Shown here: piece by piece, positions 22,630-32,928 of the stretch
How positions within the stretch are numbered: position 1 is the stretch's first letter
How the letters are laid out: the number at the start of each line of letters is the position of its first letter
Source: Octopus bimaculoides
Lineage: Eukaryota
Direction of reading: 5' to 3'
Assembly (NCBI RefSeq): GCF_001194135.2
Contig: NC_068996.1
Span: forward strand, 45,354,968-45,389,929
Length of the DNA: 34,962 bases
Notes under the pieces: generated by a model
Database searches by the model: none
What the model saw: only the letters and a program-made list of their open reading frames with translations
Told to the model about the DNA's origin: nothing
Position numbers and translations under genes: made by a program

Positions 22630-23699
22630 CAGATCCACTAGAAATGACAACCAAGTCTTCCTTAAAACATGTCGATAAAATGATATGATATTTAAGCCTA
22701 CACTATAGGCTTAAATATAGATAAAGACGGGTTGGATGCAAGTGGAACTAAACAATAAGAAAAGCAACTCACTAATGTGGTCTTCTTTTTTTCAATTCTC
22801 AAGAAAGGTTCCCATATTGTCAATGAAGAAGAAAATGTAAGATATAATGATTGCGATTCTTCCACTGAAAGTCTCGCACTCCCAAAAGTGTAAATGAAAC
22901 GCAATTGTGTTTTTATCCGCCGAGAAATGTGATCTCAACTTTATGCTTTTCAGTCGCATTAACTATTATTTCTGATCCTAGTTTATTTCTCTTTTTCGAT
23001 TTCTTACTGAATATTTTAAAATTCATCTGCTTTGTATTCTCCTTCTTGTACATTATCTTACTTAATATTATTAAAGACATCTAAATTACGTAATTTTGTT
23101 TTTGTTTTGTTTTGTTTTGAGAAAACACACAATTCTCATTATATTATAATAAATGACCATGTAATATTTTACCTTGAATCTTTCCTTTTTTTCTCCTTGA
23201 AATTCACTTATAAAAACATCGCTGTCCAAAAGAAGAAAATCATTCCTCTATCATTACTCTCCCTAAAAAGCAATAATTACAATAGTATCAAACATTCACA
23301 ATGTTATTTATATTTTCGTGTTTAAAAATGTTCAGTAGCTATCAAATCAAAGTCGATCCCTCGCATAATGCATCTAAAACTTCAAGTGTTCTTTCTCTTT
23401 TCTGTAGATATTGGGTTTAATTTTGTTGAAGATCGTTTGCAATTCTCAATAGTAGTCTCTTACCTGATGAAGTCTAATCTAAAAGTAACTAATACAAATC
23501 GATTAAACCGTCCCGCAATATACAACCGATACTTTATTTTATTGACCTTTTGAGTAAAAAGGCATAGTTCATCACGATGAGATTTGAGTTCAGAATTCAA
23601 CTGACAGGAATTAATTATCGCAAAATATTTTCTCCAATGTGCGAACAATTTTCTCATTTTACTCGCGTTAATTTTATTGAACTAAGGAATAGAAGAGGA

Positions 23700-24260
23700 A
23701 GCCAACATTTTGGGGTATTTCAACCCAGAATTATGAGGATGTCCTCCACCCCAGTATCTAACTAGTATCTTATTTTATCGAACTCGAAGAGATGAAGGGC
23801 AAAGTTAACCTTGGTGGTATTTGGTCTCACAACGAAAAGTGCCAGAGGAAATACTGCTGAGACCCCCTTCGGTCATGACTGACCATGGGATTGCACCTAG
23901 AAAGTTACCCTCTCAGGCACAAGTCCGGGCAAGGTTGTTTATGGAAGACCAGCAGTCGCCCATGCATACCGGGCTCCTTTCTCCACGCCAACGAAGTTAT
24001 CCAAGGGAAAGGCAAAGGCTGATACAGCTTGGCACCAGTGATGTTGCAACTCATTTCTACAGCTGAGTGAACTAGAGCAACGTAACATAAAGTGTCTTGC
24101 TCAAGAACACAACACGCAGCTCGGTCCGGGATTCGAACTCACAACCTCACGATCGTAAGCTCGACGCTCTAACCACTGAACCATGCGCCTTCACCAGAAG
24201 AAATACTACAAGACATATTTCAGCTGCTCAAACTGTTATGCGAACTTGTCTCTCTTGCTA
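23700..24260 (-). mobile_element. SINE family C copy split by a nested family B-variant SINE
   Basis: Family C sequence at 23700-23857 resumes, more degraded, after 24195. There is a ~15-bp imperfect TSD: cagaggaaatactgc / cagaagaaatactac. Confidence 0.65.
23859..24195 (-). mobile_element. SINE family B variant: same tRNA-Arg-like head and CORE-like domain, different 3' tail
   Basis: Head ggtgaaggcgcatggttcagtggttagagcgtcgagcttACGatcgtgaggttgtgagttcgaatcccgg, then gtgttcttgagcaagacacttta...cactcagctg. The tail (ending ...gaccgaagggggtctc) is unlike 14800-14970. Confidence 0.85.
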
Positions 24261-25424
24261 TACAGATAAACAATGATTTGCTTAAAGTAGTCAATAAAAA
24301 TAGTGGTTTTTAGTCATCATCGTCATCGTCGCCATCGTCTTCGTTATCGATGTATTTCTTGTCAGATAGTAGACTAGGATTAGCACTGCTTTTGCTTATC
24401 TATCATCAAAGACTTGACAGCAATGACCCTCACTATATTATTTTCTAGACGTAATGTATCAAAGAGGAGGATTTGTGTAGCGTTCTTCCATTCTTAAAGG
24501 CATGAGCGGCATTACTGAAGAGGAATTAATTGCCCCACAGATAATTAAGATATAGATTTTCTTTTTCATTCGGGTCAATGTAAACTATTTGTAGGGAATA
24601 AAAATGGTGGCTATAACATTGATTATTTTATTTACAAACCTCAGCGACACTATTGCTATAACGTGCATTTGACACGGAATCGAAGTAACAGAAGCAGTAT
24701 TAGTTCAGAATGGCATTCTGTATACGCAGATATACTGATTGAAAGTCATAATACAACAGTAATCGTCTTGAGAAAGCATCTCCGACAGATGTATAATACT
24801 AAAGAGTACAGAATTGTATTAGAATCAGATGAAAAGCGTCCGTCAATGGCAGTGAAATTGCTAAATTTGGATTTCTGCATCCTTACGCGTTATCAGTAGC
24901 AAGTGTCCAATATCAACTGCATGCTTAGACAAATTACTCCACTACTGATATGAAAAAACAGTGAATAACAAATCACTAGTGTCGCTAATAACTGGCAGGC
25001 TAGGCAAAAACTCATTATTAGCGAGGGAGAAGCAGTATCTTACCATCTGCTTATTTCGTGTTATGTAAAGTTCATCATAGACTCATTCATTTAACTGGGC
25101 ACAGAATCCCTATATCTTAGACGAAATGGAATATATCTTAATGTTTAACTAAATAAGAAAGGACAATTTCTGTGACTTTTTTTCCTCAGAGCCTCAGAGA
25201 CAAGTTTTTACAAATCAAGAAAGTTGTCTTCCAGCCGGAGACCAATCGCGGATGTTTGCAACAGAGTGATTTCCGCTAAAAGTACTCAAGAACCAAGTTG
25301 TAGCATTAAATCAAAGAATAGGTTTAGTCTAGCACGCAAAAACTCAAAACGCACAGAGCCAAAACAAATATCCCCATAAGTCATCTCGTCTGACGATCTA
25401 GCACTTTCGCAGATGTATCGCCCT

Positions 25425-25492
25425 GCCAGGTTCTTTATTTTGTCGACCTCCCGGAGAATGAAAGGCAAAGGTGAACTGAGTTGGGTGTGACT
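25425..25492 (-). mobile_element. SINE family C central-domain fragment
   Basis: ttattttgtcgacctcccggagaatgaaaggcaaagg matches the reverse complement of the family C central domain. Confidence 0.55.
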
Positions 25493-25821
25493 ATTTGAAC
25501 TTAGACCACAGTGAGCTGGGATAAATACAGAAGTAACACTTTAAAACTGATGAGAGTATCAGTTCGCCAAGAGATAAAATAAGTAAATTATTCATTCCTT
25601 TAGACTAGGAAGAAGGCCAGTACACCTTGGAACTTTAGCGAAATAGGCCAATCTAATTTATGATTGAATTTATTCGACCAAATTAAATAATGATGAAAGC
25701 AATGTTTAACCTGACATGGCTTGAAATCGAAATGAAAACAAATGCATTAATAAGGTCACCTCAACTGCTCTGTGAACTAATTAGCTTCATTAAAAATATT
25801 ATTAGGGCAGTGGATTGGCAA

Positions 25822-25866
25822 ACTCGTTACGTTCCGACTCGTTATGTTCCGACTCGTTACGTTTCG
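25822..25866. repeat. 15-bp tandem repeat x3 (ACTCGTTAYGTTYCG)
   Basis: Units are actcgttacgttccg, actcgttatgttccg and actcgttacgtttcg. Confidence 0.9.
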
Positions 25867-26209
25867 AATTCAATTTAAATATCCTTCCCCGGGGGGTTAA
25901 CTTTGTGTTTTCTCTTTCAATATCGATCAAATTAAGCGGTCTATCAAGTACGGAGGCAGACGACATATCAACTAATCCTCTTCCTTCGAAATGGCTGACC
26001 TTGCACCTAAATCAGAAACTATTATTTAAGATATGAATGCATCGACGAGGAGATAGCGAAAAGGAAAGAAAGATATAATGTTGTAGGGCGGGGNNNNNNN
26101 NNNNNNNNNNNNNNNNNNNNNNNNNNNNNNNNNNNNNNNNNNNNNNNNNNNNNNNNNNNNNNNNNNNNNNNNNNNNNNNNNNNNNNNNNNNNNNNNTTGC
26201 ATGAATGTT

Positions 26210-26354
26210 GGAATTGAATTTATGTTTCCTTTATTATTAGTATCATTATTATTGTTGTTGTTGTTGTTGTTGTTGTTAATATTATTATTATTATTATTAT
26301 TATTATTTACTGTGGAATTGAATTTATGTTTCCTTTATTATTAGTATCATTATT

Positions 26355-26390
<36 letters not shown>

Positions 26391-26392
26391 AA

Positions 26393-26429
<37 letters not shown>

Positions 26430-26434
26430 TACTG
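26210..26434. repeat. Tandem duplication of a unique + (GTT)n + (ATT)n block next to a gap
   Basis: ggaattgaatttatgtttcctttattattagtatc... occurs at 26210 and 26314, differing in microsatellite lengths. Confidence 0.85.
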
Positions 26435-26848
26435 CCTTTGCCCAGCTTCAAACGCTGGAGATGTACTACGGTGCCAGCTGTTCACTACCAGTGAACTAAG
26501 GTAACACCCCTGAGTATTCGAGCGGTTCCAAGAAGTACTGTTTTCTGCAAGTGCTCCACCCTTATTGCAGCCCCTATTTGTTCCATGTATTTCTCAAGAT
26601 TTTTACTCACTGTTCCGACAATTATTGGTACCGACAATTATTGGTACCGACAATTATTGGTACCGACAATTATTGGTACTACTGCTACCTTTTTCATCGA
26701 CCACAACTGCTTAACTTCCCAAGCTAACCTGTCATACCTCTCGACTTTTCTTTTTTCATTATCGCATACCTTGTTGTCAGCTGGGCATCCTATATCTATG
26801 ACCCAGCATCATTTGCTTTCTTTCTCAATTAATACTATGTCTGGTTTC
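26432..26848 (-). pseudogene. RLE-type (R4/Dong-like) LINE 3' end with complete endonuclease C-terminus, 3' UTR and (TAA)n tail
   Basis: Manual translation: KPDIVLIEKESK*CWVIDIGCPADNKVCDNEKRKVERYDRLAWEVKQLWSMKKVAVVPIIVG...TVSKNLEKYMEQIGAAIRVEHLQKTVLLGTARILR. A stem-loop GTTCACT-acc-AGTGAAC lies at 26480-26496. Confidence 0.9.
26615..26678. repeat. Perfect 16-bp tandem repeat x4 (CCGACAATTATTGGTA) inside the LINE coding region
   Basis: Units start at 26615, 26631, 26647 and 26663. The reverse complement encodes the LINE VPIIVG codons. Confidence 0.95.
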
Positions 26849-27005
26849 ATGGAAGTAAAAAGGTCAGGCTTGCGTAGGATGGAAGATTACAAAGATAAAG
26901 CACTCTATAAGGACTTGAGAATGAATGAAACTGAAAATAGGTAGATAAAGAAAAGAATGCACGAACAATTTCATAGGGATGTTGAAGATAAGACAGAGAA
27001 AAAAT
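26849..27005 (+). pseudogene. Inverted upstream segment of an RLE LINE
   Basis: The + strand reads MEVKRSGLRRMEDYKDKALYKDLRMNETENR*IKKRMHEQFHRDVEDKTEK. KRMHEQFH is homologous to KGLHNQFH in ORF 11470..11892. Confidence 0.7.
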
Positions 27006-27014
27006 TACTCTTCT

Positions 27015-27037
27015 TGTTATTATTATTCTTATTATTA

Positions 27038-27092
<55 letters not shown>

Positions 27093-27250
27093 CATAACTT
27101 TGGTTTGGCTCAGGTTCGGTCTTATTCCTGGTAAGAATTATGTGGCTAGCGGGTTACTACCTACTATAGCTTTAGGTATTCACGAGTTTTCAGCAGTCTT
27201 TCATGTTCTTACAACTCCACTGATAGTTGATTGTTGTTGTTTTTGTTCTT

Positions 27251-27281
<31 letters not shown>

Positions 27282-27284
27282 TTC

Positions 27285-27336
<52 letters not shown>

Positions 27337-27355
27337 CATCATCATTATTATTATT
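27015..27355. repeat. (TTA)n at 27015-27092; (TTC)n(TTA)n(TCA)n at 27245-27355
   Basis: Read directly from the sequence. Confidence 0.9.
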
Positions 27356-27859
27356 CAAGATCATTCTAAATAAGCGACCTTTCTATATTGGTGTCGTTAC
27401 AATTACCATAAATCTGTTTATAATTAGTATCTTGCAGATAGTCAAAATGTGTTAGAATTTAAGAGAACATTCTACAAGTCGTTTCTCCTTCAATTGCATG
27501 CTGCAGGAAGAATGTTGGTGTCAATAATGAGTGGGTAGTATTACAACGAGGATGAAATACAAGATGTGGGGTTTCATTGGCAAAATTAATGTAAAGTTTG
27601 CAGAAACAGATAAAAAGACATCTACACCAATGATTACAATTAATTAACTAATTATTTTCATAAATAATTATTAAAATGTCTTTTAATTACGTCTCAAGCT
27701 GTAAATATCAACGTGTAAATACAATATATTTATTGAACTTTTTTTCTTATTTGTTTAGCTTTAGTATATATATGAGCGAAAAGTTGTCTTCAGTTCTAGG
27801 GTTAATTATAGTTAAACTGATGACTGATGTTTAATATATAAATTTTTATTGTTGCATTA

Positions 27860-27881
27860 TCTATCTATCTATCTATTTTCA

Positions 27882-27915
<34 letters not shown>

Positions 27916-27940
27916 TTTTCAATCTATCTATCTATTTATT

Positions 27941-27995
<55 letters not shown>

Positions 27996-28225
27996 ATGCA
28001 TGCGTGTGTATATATTTATGTATGTATGTATGTATGTATGTTTGTATGTATATATATATATAGTTTAAATTTACAAAAGACGAAGACAGGTGAAGGAACA
28101 CCAATATGTGTATTTGCTTAGGCTTGGCCGAAAGAAAAGATGAGGAGAGAACACAAAAAAAATGTGTCGGGTTTAACGGTTCAACTTATGTATGTATGTA
28201 TGTATGTATGTATGTATGTATGTAT
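27860..28225. repeat. Compound (CTAT)n, (GT)n and (ATGT)n microsatellites
   Basis: Read directly from the sequence. Confidence 0.9.
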
Positions 28226-28299
28226 TGTTAACCTCATAATAATTTGGTAGCTTACAGAGAATGATCAAAATATTCATTTCTTTACCTCCAATTCTCATG

Positions 28300-28906
28300 A
28301 AATGTTCTTTGAACATATGGGACAAAGCTACAATGTTCCATAAAAAATCAGTCGTAGCTTTTAACAGAATGCTGCAGGATTTGCGCAATTCCAATTGTTT
28401 GATGCGAGGTGTGATAGTAGTACTTTCATGTGATTTCAGACAAACTTTGCCAGTGATTCCCAGGGGAACAAAAGCGGATGGAATGAAAACATGCTTGAAA
28501 TCTTCTATTTTATAGAAACATATCAGAGTGTTAAAGCTTTCTACAGATATGAGGGTGATTTGCATGTGGATCACCTGGCGGAACAATTTTCCCATACTAT
28601 TTTGCAACTTGGAGAAGGAAGGCTAGATATCAATCATGACGGTGACTTAAGTCCATAAAAAATCTGCCCCTTGGTCAGCTAGGTTGAGGAACTTTTTGAA
28701 AAAGTTTTTCCAAGTATAATTTCAAATTACACAAATACTGCTTGGTTGTGCGAAAGAGCAATCATGGCACCAAAGGACGATACTGTAAATAATTTAAATG
28801 AAAGACTCGAGAAACGTTTACCATACTTACAAATCTATAGACTCTGTCGTGAATGAATCGGAAAAAAGTCAATTAACTGGTTGAGTTCTTAAACTCACGG
28901 CAGCTA
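28300..28906 (+). pseudogene. Helitron-type PIF1 helicase fragment (dead)
   Basis: IWDKATM (WDE motif II, mutated), VVLSCDFRQTLPVIPRGT (GDFRQ motif III), [33 protein letters not shown] and VEFLNS, with at least 3 stops and several frameshifts. Runs into a gap. Confidence 0.9.
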
Positions 28907-29642
28907 CNNNNNNNNNNNNNNNNNNNNNNNNNNNNNNNNNNNNNNNNNNNNNNNNNNNNNNNNNNNNNNNNNNNNNNNNNNNNNNNNNNNNNNNNNNNNN
29001 NNNNNNNNNNNNNNNNNNNNNNNNNNNNNNNNNNNNNNNNNNNNNNNNNNNNNNNNNNNNNNNNNNNNNNNNNNNNNNNNNNNNNNNNNNNNNNNNNNNN
29101 NNNNNNNNNNNNNNNNNNNNNNNNNNNNNNNNNNNNNNNNNNNNNNNNNNNNNNNNNNNNNNNNNNNNNNNNNNNNNNNNNNNNNNNNNNNNNNNNNNNN
29201 NNNNNNNNNNNNNNNNNNNNNNNNNNNNNNNNNNNNNNNNNNNNNNNNNNNNNNNNNNNNNNNNNNNNNNNNNNNNNNNNNNNNNNNNNNNNNNNNNNNN
29301 NNNNNNNNNNNNNNNNNNNNNNNNNNNNNNNNNNNNNNNNNNNNNNNNNNNNNNNNNNNNNNNNNNNNNNNNNNNNNNNNNNNNNNNNNNNNNNNNNNNN
29401 NNNNNNNNNNNNNNNNNNNNNNNNNNNNNNNNNNNNNNNNNNNNNNNNNNNNNNNNNNNNNNNNNNNNNNNNNNNNNNNNNNNNNNNNNNNNNNNNNNNN
29501 NNNNNNNNNNNNNNNNNNNNNNNNNNNNNNNNNNNNNNNNNNNNNNNNNNNNNNNNNNNNNNNNNNNNNNNNNNNNNNNNNNNNNNNNNNNNNNNNNNNN
29601 NNNNNNNNNNNNNNNNNNNNNNNNNNNNNNNNNNNNNNNNNN

Positions 29643-29672
<30 letters not shown>

Positions 29673-29676
<4 letters not shown>

Positions 29677-29919
29677 AAGAAGAAATAAGTTATAGGATAC
29701 ACAGTAGAAGTATACTGAGTAAGAATAAACTAAATCAAAATAGAGTAGTAGACATGGGTAAAACAGACCAAAATACTAATGTACATCCATATTGCGATAA
29801 CAAAGAAGTAAACTTAAACACATTATACATTAAACCTAATAAAAGAAGCACGAATTATGATAGAAATAGGAAATATAAAAATAATGTTGTTATTGACAAG
29901 ATTAATAACTTGAAATCTG

Positions 29920-29995
<76 letters not shown>

Positions 29996-31122
29996 TATAC
30001 TTTGGATAAAACCCACCAAACTAAACACAGGGAATTACTATACTAATAATAAAGTAGATGATAATATTATCTGGCTAACCTTGCCTTTTGCTAAACAAAT
30101 AAAAACGAATTTAATTAAAGTTATGCAAAGACTAATAAATAAACACTTCACTTCTAATAAATATAGTGCTATTATTAAAAATAAATGTATAAGATTTGGT
30201 TTTTCAATAACTAAAAATTTATTTAGATATGTATCTGCAATTAATAATTTTAAAAATTGATTATTTTTACGAGAATCGTAAAACTAATATTTCTCCTAGA
30301 AACAGCATACATAATACATGTAGCAGGAGTAATTGTGAAAATTATAGTTTTAACGGTCAAGGGGAAATAACCTTCAATAAACCTCATCTTTCAGTTAGTA
30401 CAAAAGATAATCTGAATAAATTTTGTGATTGTAATGTTAAGGAAAAATGCAAATTTAATAATTATTGCAAGCGTAAGAATCTGGTATACCAAGCTATCAT
30501 AGGCGCAGAAGGTAAAAAATCACTTCTATATCAGATCAACAGAATATTTTGTGAAAACTAGTATTGCTAATCATGAGAGTGCTTTTCAGAAATCGATTCA
30601 AACGCAATAACACAAGCCTTAGCAAATTCATTTGGAGATTGAAAGATAGCAATATTAGTTTTAAGAATAGATGGAAAATTTTAAGTTTTACAAAATTTTC
30701 CCTCTGTGCAAATGATTGCTACTGTATTCTATTTTCTAAACAACAATTATTGTATGAGAGGATTCAAAAAGTTTTGGCCTGTTTACATGCACCTAAATAT
30801 CTATTTTCAAAATATCATTTAAAGATTCCTTAATTATTATTATTCAAAAATAATAGATTAGATATATTCTCTAAGAACCAGTAAATAATTCTTTATTGTT
30901 ATTAAGTAGATGACTAGATATATTGGTTAATATCCGATTTAGGTATCTCATCTAAAAATCAAAAAAAATTTTTTAATATCATTATTAAATAGAAGACTAG
31001 ATATATCTGTAAATATCTGAGTAGGTAAATACATAACTGTATTGTAGATATTAAGATTCAATATATCTAATTTTTAGAAATATATACATATAATTACTTA
31101 TATTCATACCAAACGGTCGTTT
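29673..31122 (+). mobile_element. 5'-truncated Neptune-type Penelope-like element (RT thumb remnant, Cys linker, GIY-YIG endonuclease), dead
   Basis: IIWLTLPF...KHF; CDCNVKEKCKFNNYC; LVYQA; frameshifted FYIRSTE...KTSIANHESAF (YIG changed to YIR); NTSLSKFIWRLKD...WKIL; CLHAPKYL. Flanked by (TA)n on both sides. Confidence 0.85.
29930..29990 (+). repeat. (AAT)~20 in frame in the Penelope-like ORF
   Basis: Encodes the poly-N run of ORF 29754..30260. Confidence 0.95.
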
Positions 31123-31135
31123 CTATATATATATA

Positions 31136-31180
<45 letters not shown>

Positions 31181-31590
31181 AATCATTTATTATTTATTAT
31201 TAATTTAATTAATAGAAATAAAGCATATTTTACATTAACATACATAATTCTAACATAAGCATAATAACGTATTTCAAACATTTAATATATATGTAAGATT
31301 AACTTATTTATTTAATTATATCAAGTTACTGTTGTATAGTGTTTTATACTGTTGTATATTACTGTTGTATAGTGAAACTGTACACCCCTCCCGTAAAAAG
31401 TGGTAGTAACCAGCCATTATAAATTGACCAGTAGCAGGTCAGAAGGTCGGAAGGTTGTGAGTACGTGTAGACGATGTTGATAGTCGTGTCTGTGCTGGTA
31501 TAATAATCATACTGTGATACTGAGGGAAAGTTATAATGATCCAACCATTGGAGGACTGGGAGTCATACAGTGCCAGAATAAAAAAGAGAA

Positions 31591-31659
<69 letters not shown>

Positions 31660-32040
31660 NNNNNNNNNNNNNNNNNNNNNNNNNNNNNNNNNNNNNNNNN
31701 NNNNNNNNNNNNNNNNNNNNNNNNNNNNNNNNNNNNNNNNNNNNNNNNNNNNNNNNNNNNNNNNNNNNNNNNNNNNNNNNNNNNNNNNNNNNNNNNNNNN
31801 NNNNNNNNNNNNNNNNNNNNNNNNNNNNNNNNNNNNNNNTATATATGGTACCGAAACACCGGCAATAACCATGTATCTCATAATCCTAAATTCATATCAC
31901 AATAATCTTTGCTTATTCTTTTATCTGTTATTTAAACAGAATTATCAGCACTTGTATAATAGTACTTGAGAGAAACAGAAAAAGAAAGGAGAGTGCCTGG
32001 TTCAATTTATGGTCGTCCTTTTTTGTTTTCTTAACAGTTA

Positions 32041-32280
32041 TTCTTTATTCTTTTACTTGTTTCAGTCATGCTGGAGCACCGACTTAAAAGGTTTTAGTTG
32101 AATAAATCGACCCCAGGACTTATTCTTTGTAAGCCTAGTTCTTATTCTACCGGTCTCTTTTGCCGAACCGCTAGCTTACGGGGCCATAAACACACCAGCA
32201 TCGGTTGTCAAGCGATGGCAGGGGGACAGACAAACAGAGAGAGAGAGAGAGGTACACACACACACAGACACACACACAGG

Positions 32281-32314
<34 letters not shown>

Positions 32315-32550
32315 TATATATTTACGTGTGTATGTATATACCTATATATATATATATGTGTGTGTGTATCTCTGTATGTATGTATATATTATATATACAC
32401 AACAGGCTTCTTTCTGTTTCTGTCTACCAAATCCACTCACAAGGCTTTGGTCGGCCCAGAGGCTAGAGTAAAAGACACTTGCCCAACGTGCCATGCAGAC
32501 TGAACTCGGAACCATGTGGTTGGGGAAAAAACTTCTTACCATACAGCCAC
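32041..32550 (-). mobile_element. SINE family A, full-length with internal compound microsatellite
   Basis: Body 32041-32230, (GA)(CA)(TA)(GT) tract to ~32400, head 32400-32550. The mirror of 8273-8738. Confidence 0.9.
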
Positions 32551-32776
32551 GACTTCGACTATTTATGTGTATATATGAAACAAAAACACCATTTGATAAA
32601 TCATCATAACCTTCATTTGCTTTTCATGAGTTCTTGCGTTATAAGATTAGTCTTGCTGTTTCTTGGAAATGGCACCTGTTTTCCGTCATCAATTAATCCA
32701 AAGCGATTTACTTACTTCCGCAATGGCAATGATTACATTAAAAGAAAACAAAAAAATAGTTTCAAGAAGCAAAGTA

Positions 32777-32928
32777 TTCTTCTTCTTCTTCTTCTTCTTC
32801 TTCTTCTTCTTCTTCTTCTTCTTCTTCTTCTTCTTCTTCTTCTTCTTCTTCTTCTTCTTCTTCTTCTTCTCCTTCTGCTACTGCTGCTGCTGCTGCAGTT
32901 GCGCTACTACTACTACTACTACTACTAC
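32777..32928 (+). repeat. (TTC)n(GCT)n(ACT)n compound microsatellite
   Basis: Read directly from the sequence. Confidence 0.95.

Noticed and set aside
23464-23512. CTGATGAAG...AAACCGTC hammerhead-like words
   Set aside because: No convincing stem II, GAAA or stem I.
24547-24899. Stop-free frame of ~117 codons (includes ORF 24663..24899)
   Set aside because: No recognisable homology. A rough estimate gives about one such frame by chance in a window of this size and composition.
25546-25565. AACTGAT-gagagt-ATCAGTT hairpin containing CTGATGAG
   Set aside because: The core is sequestered in its own stem and no GAAA follows. It is an isolated 7-bp dyad.
25822-26678. 15-bp x3 and 16-bp x4 arrays as CRISPR-like or paired transposon ends
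   Set aside because: There are no spacers and the context is eukaryotic. The 16-mer is LINE coding sequence, and the two arrays are neither homologous nor inverted.
27100-27230. Possible further LINE 3' end between microsatellites
   Set aside because: Only a vague resemblance to the QKTALLG motif, which cannot be supported by eye.
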